NCBI GenBank assembly: GCA_951406725.2 | Contig: OX597817.1 | Coordinates: 165,292,001 to 165,356,000, forward strand | Source of the DNA: Octopus vulgaris | Taxonomy: Eukaryota | Length of the DNA stretch: 64,000 nucleotides | Direction: 5' to 3' | In this document: positions 1 through 13,159 of the stretch, piece by piece | How the letters are laid out: every line of letters begins with the position of its first letter | Position numbering within the stretch: the stretch's first letter is position 1 | Position numbers and translations under genes: made by a program | Notes under the pieces: model-generated | Database searches by the model: none | The model's input: only the letters and a program-made list of their open reading frames with translations | What the model was told of the DNA's origin: nothing

Positions 1-117
1 TATATATATATATATATATACATATATGTATACACAGACACACAGACACGCTCACACACGCACAGACACACACAGACACAGACACACAGACACACACACA
101 CACATATATATATATAC

Positions 118-174
<57 letters not shown>

Positions 175-182
175 AATATGTA

Positions 183-246
<64 letters not shown>
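1..246. repeat. (TA)n/(CA)n microsatellite
   Basis: Direct dinucleotide repeats. Confidence 0.95.
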
Positions 247-908
<662 letters not shown>

Positions 909-2204
909 CACACCACACACATAATTGTGTGTGCGTACTTGCTTAATACCCTTTCAAGTCCATGCTGTCTGAAAGGAAGTTAGGTTTATCATGGCTTCAA
1001 TACATTTCATAAAATGGTTTGTTCAACCTAAGCGGGACTGAAGAACATTTGTAGACTGTACTAGATCTCTATTTGGGTATTAGCTAGAAATAGCAGCCAA
1101 ATTTGCGTAATTGCAGTCATGAGGTTGAACGACAACATCAAAAGTATTAACGATATCATCAACAAGAATGATAACAAGAGTCGTATACGGATAATGTAGT
1201 GTTAGGTATACTATGTATCAAAAAAAAAAGGAGAGGTGGCCACAGTTGGGATTGTGAAAGGTGATCTTAGGTGTACTCAGCCAAGGCTAATCAGACTCTA
1301 AATAATAAAAATAACGACAGCGGTAATATGCTGAAGACTACCAGAGATTTAAATGTTTGTAATATCATTTGTTAAAAACAGAAAAAGTTTTCATGTGTGC
1401 TATAAAAGTTCAGGGAGTTACCAGTGAGAAAGGAAACATTAACCAACAAAATGAGGTATCAACACACACATAACTCCCCCCTCCACACAAAACCCCTCCA
1501 TACAAACATTCACCCATAATTATACTTACACACTCACACACACATATACACACATGCACGTGCGCACCTACACAGACACACAAACACACACTCATAAATA
1601 TATATACTTATGTGCATACTCACACACACACACTCACAGACACGTGCGTAATGCATTGCTCTAGCGAATGTTCCATAATGAAGACATGGCGGATTTTCAC
1701 GATGAATATTTTAATTGTTCGATCAATTAATTGATTTACTCTTTGAATATCTGTGTGAAGATGGTGAATATCACGCAGACACATGTGCCACGTGCCCTTA
1801 GCATAATTCTCAGTTGACAGTATAACAAAACTGGACCTTTGAACTTCTCGTCCAATCCATCTCATGTTAGGGCCGTTCTAGCAGCATTATAAGGTCCAGA
1901 TAGTATAATGCACTGAATCCTATAGCAGTTATTTATTAACACCAAGTCACAGCATGCACAAATCAGAATTGGACACCTATACTAGTGAGACCCCTGAACA
2001 ACTGCCCAGTGTAACCATGACTTGAGATGGCACTCTCTAATGGGCTTCCAAAAGGTCTCCATGTTACCAATTTTACTTACCGGGTTTTGGTCGGCTTAAG
2101 GCAATGGTAAAAGACATACCTAAGATGCCAGACAGTGGAATTGAACCCGAGATCTCGTTCCCGCAAAGCGAACTTCTTAACTATTTCGTCATGGAGTATC
2201 CATT

Positions 2205-2790
2205 ATAGTTACTTTTCAACAATACACTGTTTAGTATCATAAAATCAAGGAGAATGACGCTTCTATCATCCTCCAAATGAGCCACTATAAATTTCAAAAG
2301 CCGTCGTTTGTCACATATTGTTGATTCTTAAACTTCTCACATCTTGGAAAAGAGCCATGACACCATTCTAGGGCTGAGACTTCAACTTCGGATCATAACG
2401 ATACCGGCACGTTTGATCCCCTATCACCAGATTGGAAAAGAAATGTCTTCATTAGCTCCAAAAGCTTTCATTTCACCAAAGAAAAGTTCTACCCTTTTAT
2501 CCGATAAGTCGGGTATCACTTGCCAGAAGATCCACTTTGCACACAGTTTCTAACTCACACAGACTTCAACCATCTTCTGTGGTACATTGTGATCATTGTC
2601 TATTTGTACATCAGATTCACAGATTGTGACTCGTCTGCTCGCGCACATCACTTCGTCCACTCGCTGACGATTCGATTGGCTGCAGCCGATGGTATCGTGA
2701 TTTGTCTTCAGTGCTCATTCCCCCTTCATTAAACTTCTTTATTCATCTGTACACAATGCTCTTGTCATTGGTTTCATTTCCACTAACAAC
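2205..2790 (-). pseudogene. Degenerate mariner transposase
   Basis: Minus-strand frames give IVYR*IKKFNEG, KLCAKW (cf. VCARWVP), LVIGDQTCRYRYDPKLKSQ (cf. IVTGDETWVHHYDPETKRQ) and SVILLDF, with stops and frameshifts. Confidence 0.75.
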
Positions 2791-3539
2791 TTGTAGCTTT
2801 TTTGCTGATGTCAAGGCAGCTTGCAAATCTCTATTGCCAAGAACTCCATGCCAGCGTAGAACCCTATATTTGCCTGCAATGGAAGTTAAGAAGAAGGGTT
2901 ATTAAACAGTAAAAGTTATTCTACCAGTGAGTGCAATGTGAATGACCTACGTCAGTTAAAAGAGAAAGTTGTAACATACCCTTGCATTACTTTTGTATAT
3001 TTTCTTGTAAACATTTCATAGCATTTTTTGTAGCTTGATCCTTTGTTACTTTCGAGAAATGTAGATAATGAGTAAAACTACATTTTTCGTTCAAAATAAT
3101 TGAGATTTCTCTTTACATTACACAATAAATTAAAGCGTGTGTGCGTGCGTGTGTGTGTGTGTGTGTGTGTAAATTATATCGTATAAAAATAAACAATAAG
3201 CTCAGAATAAATTTTAGTTGTGCAACATATCTTATTTGCATATGTAGACTCACGAACATACTCACACACGTAAATTATGTATGTATGTATATATGTGTGT
3301 GTATGTACATATATATGCATACTTATGTACACACACACACACACACATATATATAGATGTGTGTATTTTTCCCTTGTTAACAATTAACAGGAAAAAATAA
3401 ATATATAGTTACCAGGGTAGCAAAAAATCACACAAGTAAAATGGTTGTAACTCCTTGTTTTTAAAGGTAGAAACTTCGGGTTTACATGAAAATATTCGGA
3501 AGTAAAAGAATTTGAATAACACCTGCGTTTAACTCCATT

Positions 3540-3626
<87 letters not shown>

Positions 3627-3634
3627 GTGTATGT

Positions 3635-3921
3635 GGAGGCACATAGCCTAGTGGTTCGAGCAGCGGACTCGCGGTCGAGGGATCGCGTGTTCGAATCTCA
3701 AACCGGGTGATGTGTGTGTTTATGAGCGAAACACCTAAGCTTCACGCGGCTCCGGCAGAAGGTAATGGCGGACTTCGCCACAACTTTCTCTCACTCTTTC
3801 CTCCTACATCTTGCAGCTCACCTGCGACGGAGCGGCGTCCCGTCCAGGTGGGGAACCTATACGTCAAGGAAACCGGGAAACCGGCCCTTATGTGCCAGGT
3901 GTGGCTCGAGAAGGAACAAAC
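3635..3921 (+). mobile_element. tRNA-derived SINE (family C)
   Basis: A box (TAGCCTAGTGG) and B box (GTTCGAATC). Related copies at 31525-31828 (+) and 57945-58330 (-). Confidence 0.85.
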
Positions 3922-3968
3922 ATATATATATATATATATAGGAAAAAAGCAACAAGAATGGATCAATA

Positions 3969-4057
3969 TTTCGGTACAATTGTTTCGTACGAACGCATCT
4001 TTAATAAGGCTACAAAAATTGCAGTAAATATAAGTGACCCGTACTCATCAGCCGAAA
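3969..4057 (-). ncRNA. Type I hammerhead ribozyme (inverted copy)
   Basis: Reverse complement of 4630-4718. Confidence 0.85.
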
Positions 4058-4629
4058 AAACATCTGAGATCTCCAAACATCAAAGGGGATGATGTTACAC
4101 TCGTGAAACATCATGGAAAGTTCTATAGAAATGAGATTAAGATAACAAATTGATTTCTAAAAGTTCTTTTAGTATTGCACAGTCATATATCAGGTTTTAA
4201 AAATTTTTTTCAAAACCTCTTAATTTTCCAGAAAGTGAAGATGAAAGTAAGGATGTAAGTTCATCCATATTGAAGAAAGTTTGATTCCTGGAGATATGAT
4301 GAGAGGTATCGTACTCACAGAATATGTGACACTTTACTATGAACTATATATGGATAAATACATATTCTGTGAGTACGATACCTCTCATCATATCTCCAGG
4401 AATCAAACTTTCTTCAATATGGATGAACTTACATCCTTACTTTCATCTTCACTTTCTGGAAAATTAAGAGGTTTTGAAAAAAATTTTTAAAACCTGATAT
4501 ATGACTGTGCAATACTAATAGAACTTTTAGAAATCAATTTGTTATCTTAATCTCATTTCTATAGAACTTTCCATGATGTTTCACGAGTGTAACATCATCC
4601 CCTTTGATGTTTGGAGATCTCAGATGTTT

Positions 4630-4718
4630 TTTCGGCTGATGAGTACGGGTCACTTATATTTACTGCAATTTTTGTAGCCTTATTAAAGATGCGTTCGTAC
4701 GAAACAATTGTACCGAAA
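4630..4718 (+). ncRNA. Type I hammerhead ribozyme
   Basis: Stem I TTTCGG/CCGAAA; core CTGATGA at 4636-4642; stem II GTACG/CGTAC; GAAAC-AATT-GTA (palindromic stem III); predicted cleavage after A4712. Confidence 0.85.
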
Positions 4719-4874
4719 TATTGATCCATTCTTGTTGCTTTTTTCCTATTTATAATCACCCCACTTTGTCGTATGGTTAACACCATATAGATTTCTGGTG
4801 CATCCAAGTTAAGTACCATGTTCATGTGAATTCAACAGAACTCACTTGAATCTTAATTGCTTGTACCGTATATA

Positions 4875-4902
<28 letters not shown>

Positions 4903-4905
<3 letters not shown>

Positions 4906-5266
4906 ATATTAGGGAATAAATCCAAATTTACAGGGAAAATCAGATTTAGGATTGAATCCAATTTTATAGTAAAATATTATATAATATTAATTAGAGACAA
5001 AACCACTATTTTGCAAATCAAACAAAGAAAGACTTAATCCAATACATAAAAAAATTTTAATATAAATTAAATAAAAAAAATATATTCGCCACTACAATTG
5101 TTTCATGTCTCTTCTCAGGACATTCATCCTGAGACGAGACATGAAACAATTGTAGTGGCGAATATATTTTTATTTAATTTATATTAAATTTTTTTTATGT
5201 ATTGGATTAAGTCTTTCTTTGTTTGATTTGCAAAATAGTGGTTTTGTCTCTAATTAATATTATATA
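4903..5266 (-). mobile_element. Fold-back Penelope-like pLTR remnant with half hammerhead
   Basis: Arms ~4977-5120 and 5127-5266, tail on the left, GAAACAATTGTA in each arm. Same family as 29153-29525. Confidence 0.75.
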
Positions 5267-5308
5267 TATATATATATATACTTAAGCGGACACAGATAGT
5301 GTGTCGTA

Positions 5309-5375
5309 TAGCAGCTGGAGACGATGTTTCCTGGGGCTAAATAGCAGTAACATTCGTCCGAAACTAGGACTGCTA
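5309..5375 (+). ncRNA. Decayed hammerhead ribozyme
   Basis: Stem I TAGCAG/CTGCTA; core CTGGA (CTGATGA minus 2 nt); stem II GACGATGTT/AACATTCGTC; GAAACTAGGA (U16.1 changed). Confidence 0.55.
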
Positions 5376-5712
5376 CGTTATATTGGCAAATAATCTTTAC
5401 TCTAGAATACTGTTACTGAATGTCTTTCGTTGAAAGACTTACAAACAGAAATTTTCTATTTAACACACTTACACACACACACACACACAAGCGCGCGCTC
5501 ACACACACACACACATATACATATATATGTTAAATATATGTTTATCTAGGCATATTTGCATGTATCTATGTTTGTACGTGTGTGTGCCTAGGGATGCTTA
5601 TCTTAATTATGTTGAAATATATCAGACTCTAAATATTTTCAGTACAAAGTTGTATTGAGCACTCCTGTGTTTCACTACAACAAAAATAAACAAATGCCCT
5701 AAAACACCTTGA

Positions 5713-5750
<38 letters not shown>

Positions 5751-5753
5751 GTA

Positions 5754-6425
<672 letters not shown>

Positions 6426-6768
6426 AAATTTGAAGAATATACATATATCCCTTTTGTACGTATTCTTCAGTATACGTATTTCCTCAATGTACCATAATGC
6501 TGGTATTTCGCCAAGCTATTATTATAATCTTAGACATTAGAAACAACGTTATCAAATCGGTTTACAAGTTTTAAACATTAGCGACAACAGATTTGCGTTA
6601 GTTTAACAGTTTCTAATTACGGTGTCGGAATTGTGACTTATCTTGCAAGATTCCTGATGTCAACTCGTGTGTTGAAACAGATTTTTTTGATATCTTGGGA
6701 GGGTTATTATGCCATTAGAAAACACGCACTGGTTCTATTTCACTTCTTTTATTATTATCCGCCAATTT

Positions 6769-6965
6769 AGGGCAGCAAGCTGGCAGAATCGGATAAAATT
6801 TTTGGCGGTATTTTCTCCAGCTATTTACGTCCCAAGTTCAAATCTCGCCGAGTTCGACTTTACCTTCCATCCTTTCGAGATCGTCAAAATACGTACCAGT
6901 AGATTACCTGGGTCGATTTAATCGACTTAATCCCTCTTCTAAAACTGCTGGCCTTTTGGTAAAAT
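6769..6965 (+). mobile_element. SINE family B
   Basis: GCTGGCAGAATC...GTTCAAATC...CCTTCCATCCTTTCGAG...GTACCAG; multi-copy in the window. Confidence 0.8.
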
Positions 6966-7888
6966 TTGGGTCAATTACAAGTAGTCAAATTCTAAACCAT
7001 TTAACCAATGAACCAATCGAATCTTTTTGAAGAGCCCAGTCAATCAATCAATAATTCAGCTAGATTTGTCAGTAACGTCATCAATAACATGCCTTCTGTA
7101 CTCCAGGTCTGCTTCAGATCTGTCTATGATGAAGTCATTGCTGAGGTTGTGGATGGCGACGAAAGGACTTCGATAAACTTGGTTGATTGGTTGACCAAAC
7201 GATTAATCAAACTTACGGTCTGAGTTCATATTCCTCCTAGGTCAACTTTGCCTTTTATCCTTTTGGGCCGGTAAAATAAGTACCAGTTGGACACTAGGGT
7301 TGATGCAATTGGCTTACCCTTCACCTGAAATTGCTGGCCTTGTACCTAAATTTGAAGCCATTATTGGCATAATAAGCCTCATGGGATACAACGAAATCAT
7401 TATTACTAGAACAATAGCTAGGATTATTGAAGCTTATACAGTAAAAAATAAATATATTCTATTTGCACACAGATCCTAACAGTTTTCAAGGGAGATGAAC
7501 AATAACTAAAGCCGTTACTTTATCCACTTAGATTTACAGTTAACTAGATATTTATCGATCTTGGTGACAGGAGGCATAAAGTGTAACTTGAGATGGTCAG
7601 AAACTGGGTTTCGAAACCGGATGTCTATAAATTAATATTTCCGTGTTTCACAAGCAAGGAAAGCTCAAAGTTGTCACCGGATCTGCTTGAAATAAAAGCA
7701 AATTTTCAAATCATACTTTAGTGTCCCACATTCTTGAAAAAACAATTGGGCAGGGAAAAACGGACACAATACACAAAATGTAATGATGTAAATTTCGTTT
7801 CTACTCTAAACGTTTCTACTCTATTTCCATTGACACGCTTTGAATCGTAAGTTTGAACAGCAAAGTATGTATGTATGTATGTATATGT

Positions 7889-8232
7889 GAAGGCGCATGG
7901 CTCAGTGGTTAGAGCATCGAGCTTACGATCGTGAGGTTGTGAGCTCGAATCCCGGACCGTGCTGCGTGTTGTGTTCTTGAGCAAACACTTTATTTCACGT
8001 TGCTCCAGTTCACTCAGCTGTAGAAATGGGTTGCGACGTCACTGGTTCCAAGCTGTACTGGCCCCTTTGTCTTTCCCTTGGATAACACTGGTGGCGTGGA
8101 GAGGGGAGGCCGGTATGCATGGGCGACTGCTGGTCTTCCATAAAAAACAACCTTGCCCGGACTTGTGTCTAGGAGGGTAACTTTCTAGGTGCAATCCCAT
8201 GGTCATTCATGACCGAAGGGGGTCTTTACCCT
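7889..8232 (+). mobile_element. tRNA-derived SINE family D
   Basis: TGGCTCAGTGG A box, GCTCGAATCC B box, core TTGAGCAA..CACTTTATTTCAC. Related copies at 8772-9020, 50192-50440 and 51846-52144. Confidence 0.85.
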
Positions 8233-8771
8233 TTATGTATGTATGTATGTATGTATGTATTAAATCTTGCTAATTTTAAATCATGCTTGCATAAATGTAT
8301 ATATGTATGTACTCATGTCCCTCTACGTGCGCACACACACACATATATATATATATATAATGTCTGTGTATTTTTATGCATATGTATATATATAAATAGA
8401 TATTCTGTTGTGTCTGGGGAGATTCATTCTATTTTGATACCTTATAATTTAACACACGCACCGGTAAAAAAAAAAATTTAATATGTAAAAAAATTTTTAA
8501 AATAAAAAATAAGAAAAAATAAGTGGAAATGAGTAACTTGTAAAAAGAGTGGACTTGCAGGAAAAATGTAGATGCATGACTGATAATATTTGTAGGTAAA
8601 TGGACCTCGAAAAGTACAGTTAAGGCAAGGTTGACTTCAGGAGGATTTGAACTCAAAGCATAGAAAATTAGAACAAGACGTGCAAAAACCAAGAGGTGGG
8701 ACCTTAGACGCAACTACTATTCTTCAGCTCGCAGTACGGCCATATGTTACAGCTGTATAAAATAAATAAAT

Positions 8772-9020
8772 GCGCCCTTTTAAAACCTAGCTAGGCTCAT
8801 GGGCCCGGTTTCTCGGTTTCTATGGCGTATGTGTTCCCCAGCTGGACGGGACGCCACTCCATCGCAGCGTTACTCATTTTTGCCAGCTGAGTGGACTGGA
8901 GCAAATGTGAAATGAAGTGTTTTGCTCAAGAACACAACGCGTCACCCGGTCCAGGAATCGAAACCACAATCTTACGATCATGGTGCTGACACCCTAACCA
9001 CTAGGCCACGCGCCTCCACT
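8772..9020 (-). mobile_element. tRNA-derived SINE family D variant
   Basis: Near-identical to 50192-50440. Confidence 0.85.
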
Positions 9021-9328
9021 TACAGCTGTATACTTTTACCAAAATATCCGTTTTCTGTCCATTAGCTCCTGAGGATACAAATACAGAAATTCTGGAACTT
9101 GATATTGTGCAAAAAAACTGCAAGTTTTGCTGTGTGACCATCGTACATGTATGTATTATGTGTGCACGTACGTGTGTATGTATGTATGTATGTTTGCATG
9201 TATGCATGCATGCATATATGTATGTCATTATTCAGTTTTGTTTTCAAGATTCCTTGCCATTAGAGAAAGAGCCGGTTTCGAACCTAGATCCAAGGCTCCT
9301 TCATTGGAATTTCAACAACATCAACAGG

Positions 9329-11256
9329 GTATGTATGTATGTATGTATGTATGTATGTATGTATGTATGTATGTATGTATGTATGTATGTATGTATGTAT
9401 GCATGCATGTATGTATGTATGTATGTATGTATGTATGCATGTATGTATGTATGTATGTATGTATGTATGTATGTATGTATGTATGTATGTATGTATGTAT
9501 GTATGTATGTATGTATGTATGCATGTATGTATGTATGTATGTATGTATGCATGCATGTATGTATGTATGTATGTATGTATGCATGCATGCATGTATGTAT
9601 GTATGTATGTATGTATGTATGCATGCATGTATGTATGTATGTATGTATGTATGTATGCATGCATGTATGTATGTATGTATGTATGTATGTATGTATGTAT
9701 GTATGTATGTATGTATGTATGTATGCATGCATGCATGTATGTATGTATGTATGTATGCATGCATGTATGTATGTATGTATGTATGTATGTATGTATGCAT
9801 GCATGTATGCATGTATGTACGTATGTATGCATGCATGTATGTATGTATGTACGTATGCATGCATGTATGTATGTATGCATGTATGTATGTATGTATGTAT
9901 GCATGCATGTATGTATGTATGTATGTATGTATGTATGTATGTATGCATGCATGTATGTATGTATGTATGTATGTACGCATGCATGCATGTATGTATGTAT
10001 GTATGTACGCACGCATGTATGTATGTATGCATGCATGTATGTATGTATGCATGCATGCATGTATGTATGTATGTATGTATGTATGTATGTATGCATGCAT
10101 GTGCATGTATGTATGTATGTATGTATGTATGTACGTATGTACGTATGCATGCATGCATGTATGTATGTATGTATGTATGCATGCATGCATGCATGTACGT
10201 ATGTATGTATGTATGCACGCATGTACGTATGTATGTATGTATGCACGCATGCATGTATGTATGTATGTACGTATGTATGCATGCATGCATGTATGTATGT
10301 ATGTATGTATGTATGTATGTATGTATGTATGTATGTATGTATGTATGTATGCACGCATGCATGCATGCATGTATGTATGTGCATGTATGTATGTATGTGT
10401 ATGTATGTATGTATGTATGCATGCATGCATGTATGTATGCATGCATGTATGTATGTATGTATGTATGTATGTATGCATGCATGCACGCATGCATGTATGT
10501 ATGCATGACTAATGCATGTATGTATGTATGTATGTATGTATGTATGTATGCATGCATGCATGCATGCATGCATGCACGTATGTATGCATGCATGCATGCA
10601 TGCATGTATGTATGTATGTATGTATGTATGTATGTATGTATGTATGCATGTATGTATGCATGCATGCATGCATGCATGCATGTATGTATGTATGTATGTA
10701 TGTATGTATGTATGTATGCATGCATGCATGCATGCATGCATGTATGTATGCATGCATGCATGCATGCATGCATGTATGTATGCATGCATGCATGCATGCA
10801 TGCATGTATGCATGCATGCATGTATGTATGTATGTATGTATGTATGCATGCATGCATGCATGTATGTATGTATGCATGCATGCATGCATGCATGTATGTA
10901 TGCATGCATGCATGCATGCATGCATGTATGCATGCATGCATGCATGCATGTATGTATGCATGCATGCATGCATGTATGTATGTATGTATGTATGTATGTA
11001 TGCATGCATGTATGCATGCATGCATGCATGTATGTATGTATGTATGTATGTATGTATGCATGCATGCATGCATGCATGTATGTATGTATGTATGTATGTA
11101 TGTATGTATGTATGTATGTATGCATGCATGCATGCATGCATGTATGTATGTATGCATGCATGCATGTATGTATGTATGTATGTATGTATGTATGTATGTA
11201 TGTATGTATGCATGTATGTATGTATGTATGTATGTATGTATGTATGTATGTATGTA
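9329..11256. repeat. ~1.9 kb (ATGT)n/(ATGC)n tetranucleotide array
   Basis: Direct repeat; source of the spurious 200-700 aa ORFs. Confidence 0.97.
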
Positions 11257-11369
11257 TATAAGTATGTAAAGTTAATCCAAACAAGAAAACACAGAAAAAA
11301 AAACATAGCAACGCGAGGACGTGGAACAATTAAAGTATTATTTGACGCTCAGGAAAGAAAGGAAGGAGG

Positions 11370-11404
11370 GTTTAACGTTTCGAGCGGAGCTCTTCGTCGG
11401 AAAC
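11370..11404 (-). ncRNA. Minimal hammerhead-like motif in a Penelope-like pLTR fragment (~11262-11490)
   Basis: Minus strand GTTT-CCGACGA-A-GAGC-tcc-GCTC-GAAA-CG-TT-AAAC. Related to 28984-29021. Confidence 0.6.
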
Positions 11405-11529
11405 AAAGGAGAAGAAAAGATCCCGAGAAGGGAAGACAGAGCAAAAAAATTTTTTTGCTGGTGGTGCTGAAGAGATCACATGTTGAAAGAGATACATACA
11501 TACATATATATGTATGTATGTATACTTGA

Positions 11530-12010
11530 AGATTTGTATGTTTTGTTTTATGTATTATTTTATGCATATATTTGCATATCTAGACATAATTATATATACT
11601 TAAATGATACTTAAATTTCTGGTAAGTTTTACAGATTTTTACAGTTCCAGTGATGGATTGGATTTGTAGTCTTCAAATCAGCTTTCTCTTTTGTGGTTTT
11701 GAGAAGCCAATTTCTCAAGGCTGGTATTTAGGCAGTGTGTTACATATCCCAGGTATAAACCTGAACTTGTAATCTGGATAGAGCAACAGCAGATTTCTCA
11801 ATAGTTCAGGGTAGGTATTCTCTTTTTCACTGATCTTCAGCTTTTCGATAACATTTTCTGGACAACTAATTTCCACAACTGTGCGCAGTTTCTTTTCTCC
11901 ATCCCAAATCATTATATCAGGTCTATTGTATTTACATTTTATTGAGGATTTCAGTGGGACATTCCACCAGTACTCCTATTTATTATGAGTGGCTACGCTT
12001 TCCACCATAC
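11530..12010 (-). mobile_element. Restriction-like-endonuclease (R4/NeSL-type) non-LTR retrotransposon 3' fragment
   Basis: WWNVPLKSSIKCKYNRPDIMIWD...VVEISCP...EKENTYPEL is the RPD..E..K endonuclease motif. Flanked by ATGT repeats. Confidence 0.75.
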
Positions 12011-12098
12011 TATGGGTTCTTATGTATGTATGTATGTATGTATGTATGTATGTATGTATGTATGTATGTATGTATGTATGTATGTATGTATGTATACC

Positions 12099-12400
12099 CT
12101 ATCGCGTGGTTAAACCATTGGGAGTGAAGGACTCCTAGCCTTTGTTAGGGCATCATTCTAGAAGAAGGTAACTCAGATAACTGGGATAACTCCGACATAA
12201 AACCTGCGGCTCTGTAGCTACCGATGATGTTGACTTGTTCTTCTTTTCGGATTATAGCTGTTGTTGCTTAGTGAGTGGGATTGACTCGGTGCACAGCCTT
12301 TCCTCACTTAAAAAAATCTTCTTGCACAGGCATTGCACGATAACAACATTGATTAAGCTTCGTGCGATGGCCATACTCGATAACGAGGGGGCAGCCACCA
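12099..12400 (+). mobile_element. Non-autonomous RTE-related element ending in (ATGT)n
   Basis: The last ~45 nt (AAGCTTCGTGCGATGGCCATACTCGATAACGAGGGGGCAGCCACC) match the RTE LINE 3' end at 15721-15765. Second partial copy at 12890-13132. Confidence 0.75.
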
Positions 12401-12889
12401 TGTATGTATGTATGTATGTATGTATGTATGTATGTATGTATGTATGTATGTATGTCAGGTCGCTCTTGAGTGGTTCTAGTACCATGCAGTCCAGTACAAC
12501 CTGTTGCATGGTCGGGTCGTCGGCGACTAAATTGGCAACCCCACCAGGCTTCCTTGTTGAGGTGGGTGCTTGTTGAATACCCTGCGGGACAAAAAATAAG
12601 ACCCGTCAAAGGGCGAAAGAACTACAACGTAGTCAACAGCCATTCAACTACGTGTGTTTGAGAGTGTGTGTGTGTATTGTATACATTGTATTTGAGCATG
12701 TGCGTATACATATTGGATATTGTGTTTTTAAATTGTATATATTGAATGTCAATCTTATGTATTCCATATCGTATATTTTATGTATATATTGTATATCAAT
12801 ATTTTTATATATTGTATGTTTTTTTTATATTTATTTTATCCTGCCTATGGCTGTATCTTGCGCAGAGACAGAAATAATCAGACTGAATA

Positions 12890-13132
12890 CCCGATCGCGT
12901 GGTTAAACCATTGTGAGTGAAGGATCCCTAGCTTTTGTTAGGGCATCCTTCTAGGAGAAGGTAACTCAGGTAACTGGGATAACTCTGACATAAAACCTGC
13001 GGCTCAGTGGTTACTGTTGATGTTTTCAGGTTATGGCTGCTGTTGCTTAGTGAGTGGGATTGACTCGGTGCACAGCCTTTCCTCACTTTAAAAAAATCTT
13101 CTTGCACAGGCATTGCACGATAGTAACATTGG
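12890..13132 (+). mobile_element. Second, 3'-truncated copy of the RTE-related non-autonomous element
   Basis: Closely similar to 12099-12352. Confidence 0.75.
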
Positions 13133-13159
13133 TTGATTGATTAATTAATTAATTAATTA

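Larger units (their letters stand above)
3938..4868 (+). mobile_element. Fold-back element: 390 bp near-perfect inverted arms, 32 nt loop, ~120 bp one-sided tail; Penelope-like inverted pseudo-LTR
   Basis: 3938-4327 is the reverse complement of 4360-4749 (one mismatch seen). Flanked by (TA)n on both sides and carries a hammerhead motif in each arm. Confidence 0.85.

Noticed and set aside
3635-3710. tRNA-like sequences at SINE heads
   Set aside because: They continue into SINE bodies and lack complete cloverleaves; not tRNA genes.
7121-7175. ATGATGA-A-GTC...GAC-GAAA hammerhead-like string
   Set aside because: C3 missing, only 3 bp of stem II and no convincing stem I.
9268-9310. Minus-strand CCAATGA-A-GGAGCC..GGTTC-GAAACCGG motif
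   Set aside because: Three core substitutions and no stem I; more likely a LINE 3' stem-loop.
9107-11529. Long ORFs of 250-720 aa (MYVC/HTYI repeats)
   Set aside because: Translations of the (ATGT/ATGC)n array, open in several frames on both strands; no evidence of a protein.
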